The translations under genes were made by a program, and so were the position numbers. From Candidatus Eiseniibacteriota bacterium (lineage in GTDB: Bacteria > Eisenbacteria > RBG-16-71-46): 16,233 nucleotides of DNA. Numbering within the stretch: position 1 is the first letter of the stretch; every line of letters begins with the position of its first letter. This document shows, piece by piece, positions 16,233 through 16,233 of this stretch. The stretch spans positions 2,835 through 19,067 of the forward strand of contig JBGAOA010000029.1 of NCBI GenBank assembly GCA_044222065.1, in the 5' to 3' direction. Under the pieces are notes generated by a model, which did not search any database, was not told the origin of the DNA, and was given only the letters and a program-made list of their open reading frames with translations.

Positions 16233-16233
16233 G

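Overview
Very GC-rich bacterial DNA, densely coding, with no rRNA, tRNA, CRISPR or transposase visible. From left to right: (1) the 3' part of a large TPR-like + CHAT (caspase-like) protease gene. (2) A stand-alone FabH/KAS III-family condensing enzyme. (3) A five-gene minus-strand arsenic-resistance operon: arsR, arsC, acr3, an ArsP/DUF318-type permease and a small CxxC thioredoxin-like protein. It has a near-consensus sigma70 promoter overlapped by a palindromic operator, and the permease is interrupted by one in-frame TAG. (4) A VOC/glyoxalase gene and a secreted PQQ-type beta-propeller gene. (5) A plus-strand run of a DUF4395-like membrane protein, a non-RD Ser/Thr kinase-TM-TPR protein, an 84-aa Lys/Arg-rich protein, a papain-like cysteine protease and a 188-aa hypothetical protein. 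(6) The 3' end of a multi-TM membrane protein. The best candidate for an undescribed system is the 11176-15052 cluster. Its small protein carries two identical Gly-flanked cores (NLPSSGDL) encoded by synonymously diverged DNA, and sits between a TPR receptor-like kinase and a C39-like protease. This suggests a precursor/protease/receptor module or a protease- and kinase-regulated basic protein. All family assignments come from motif recognition; no database searches were run.
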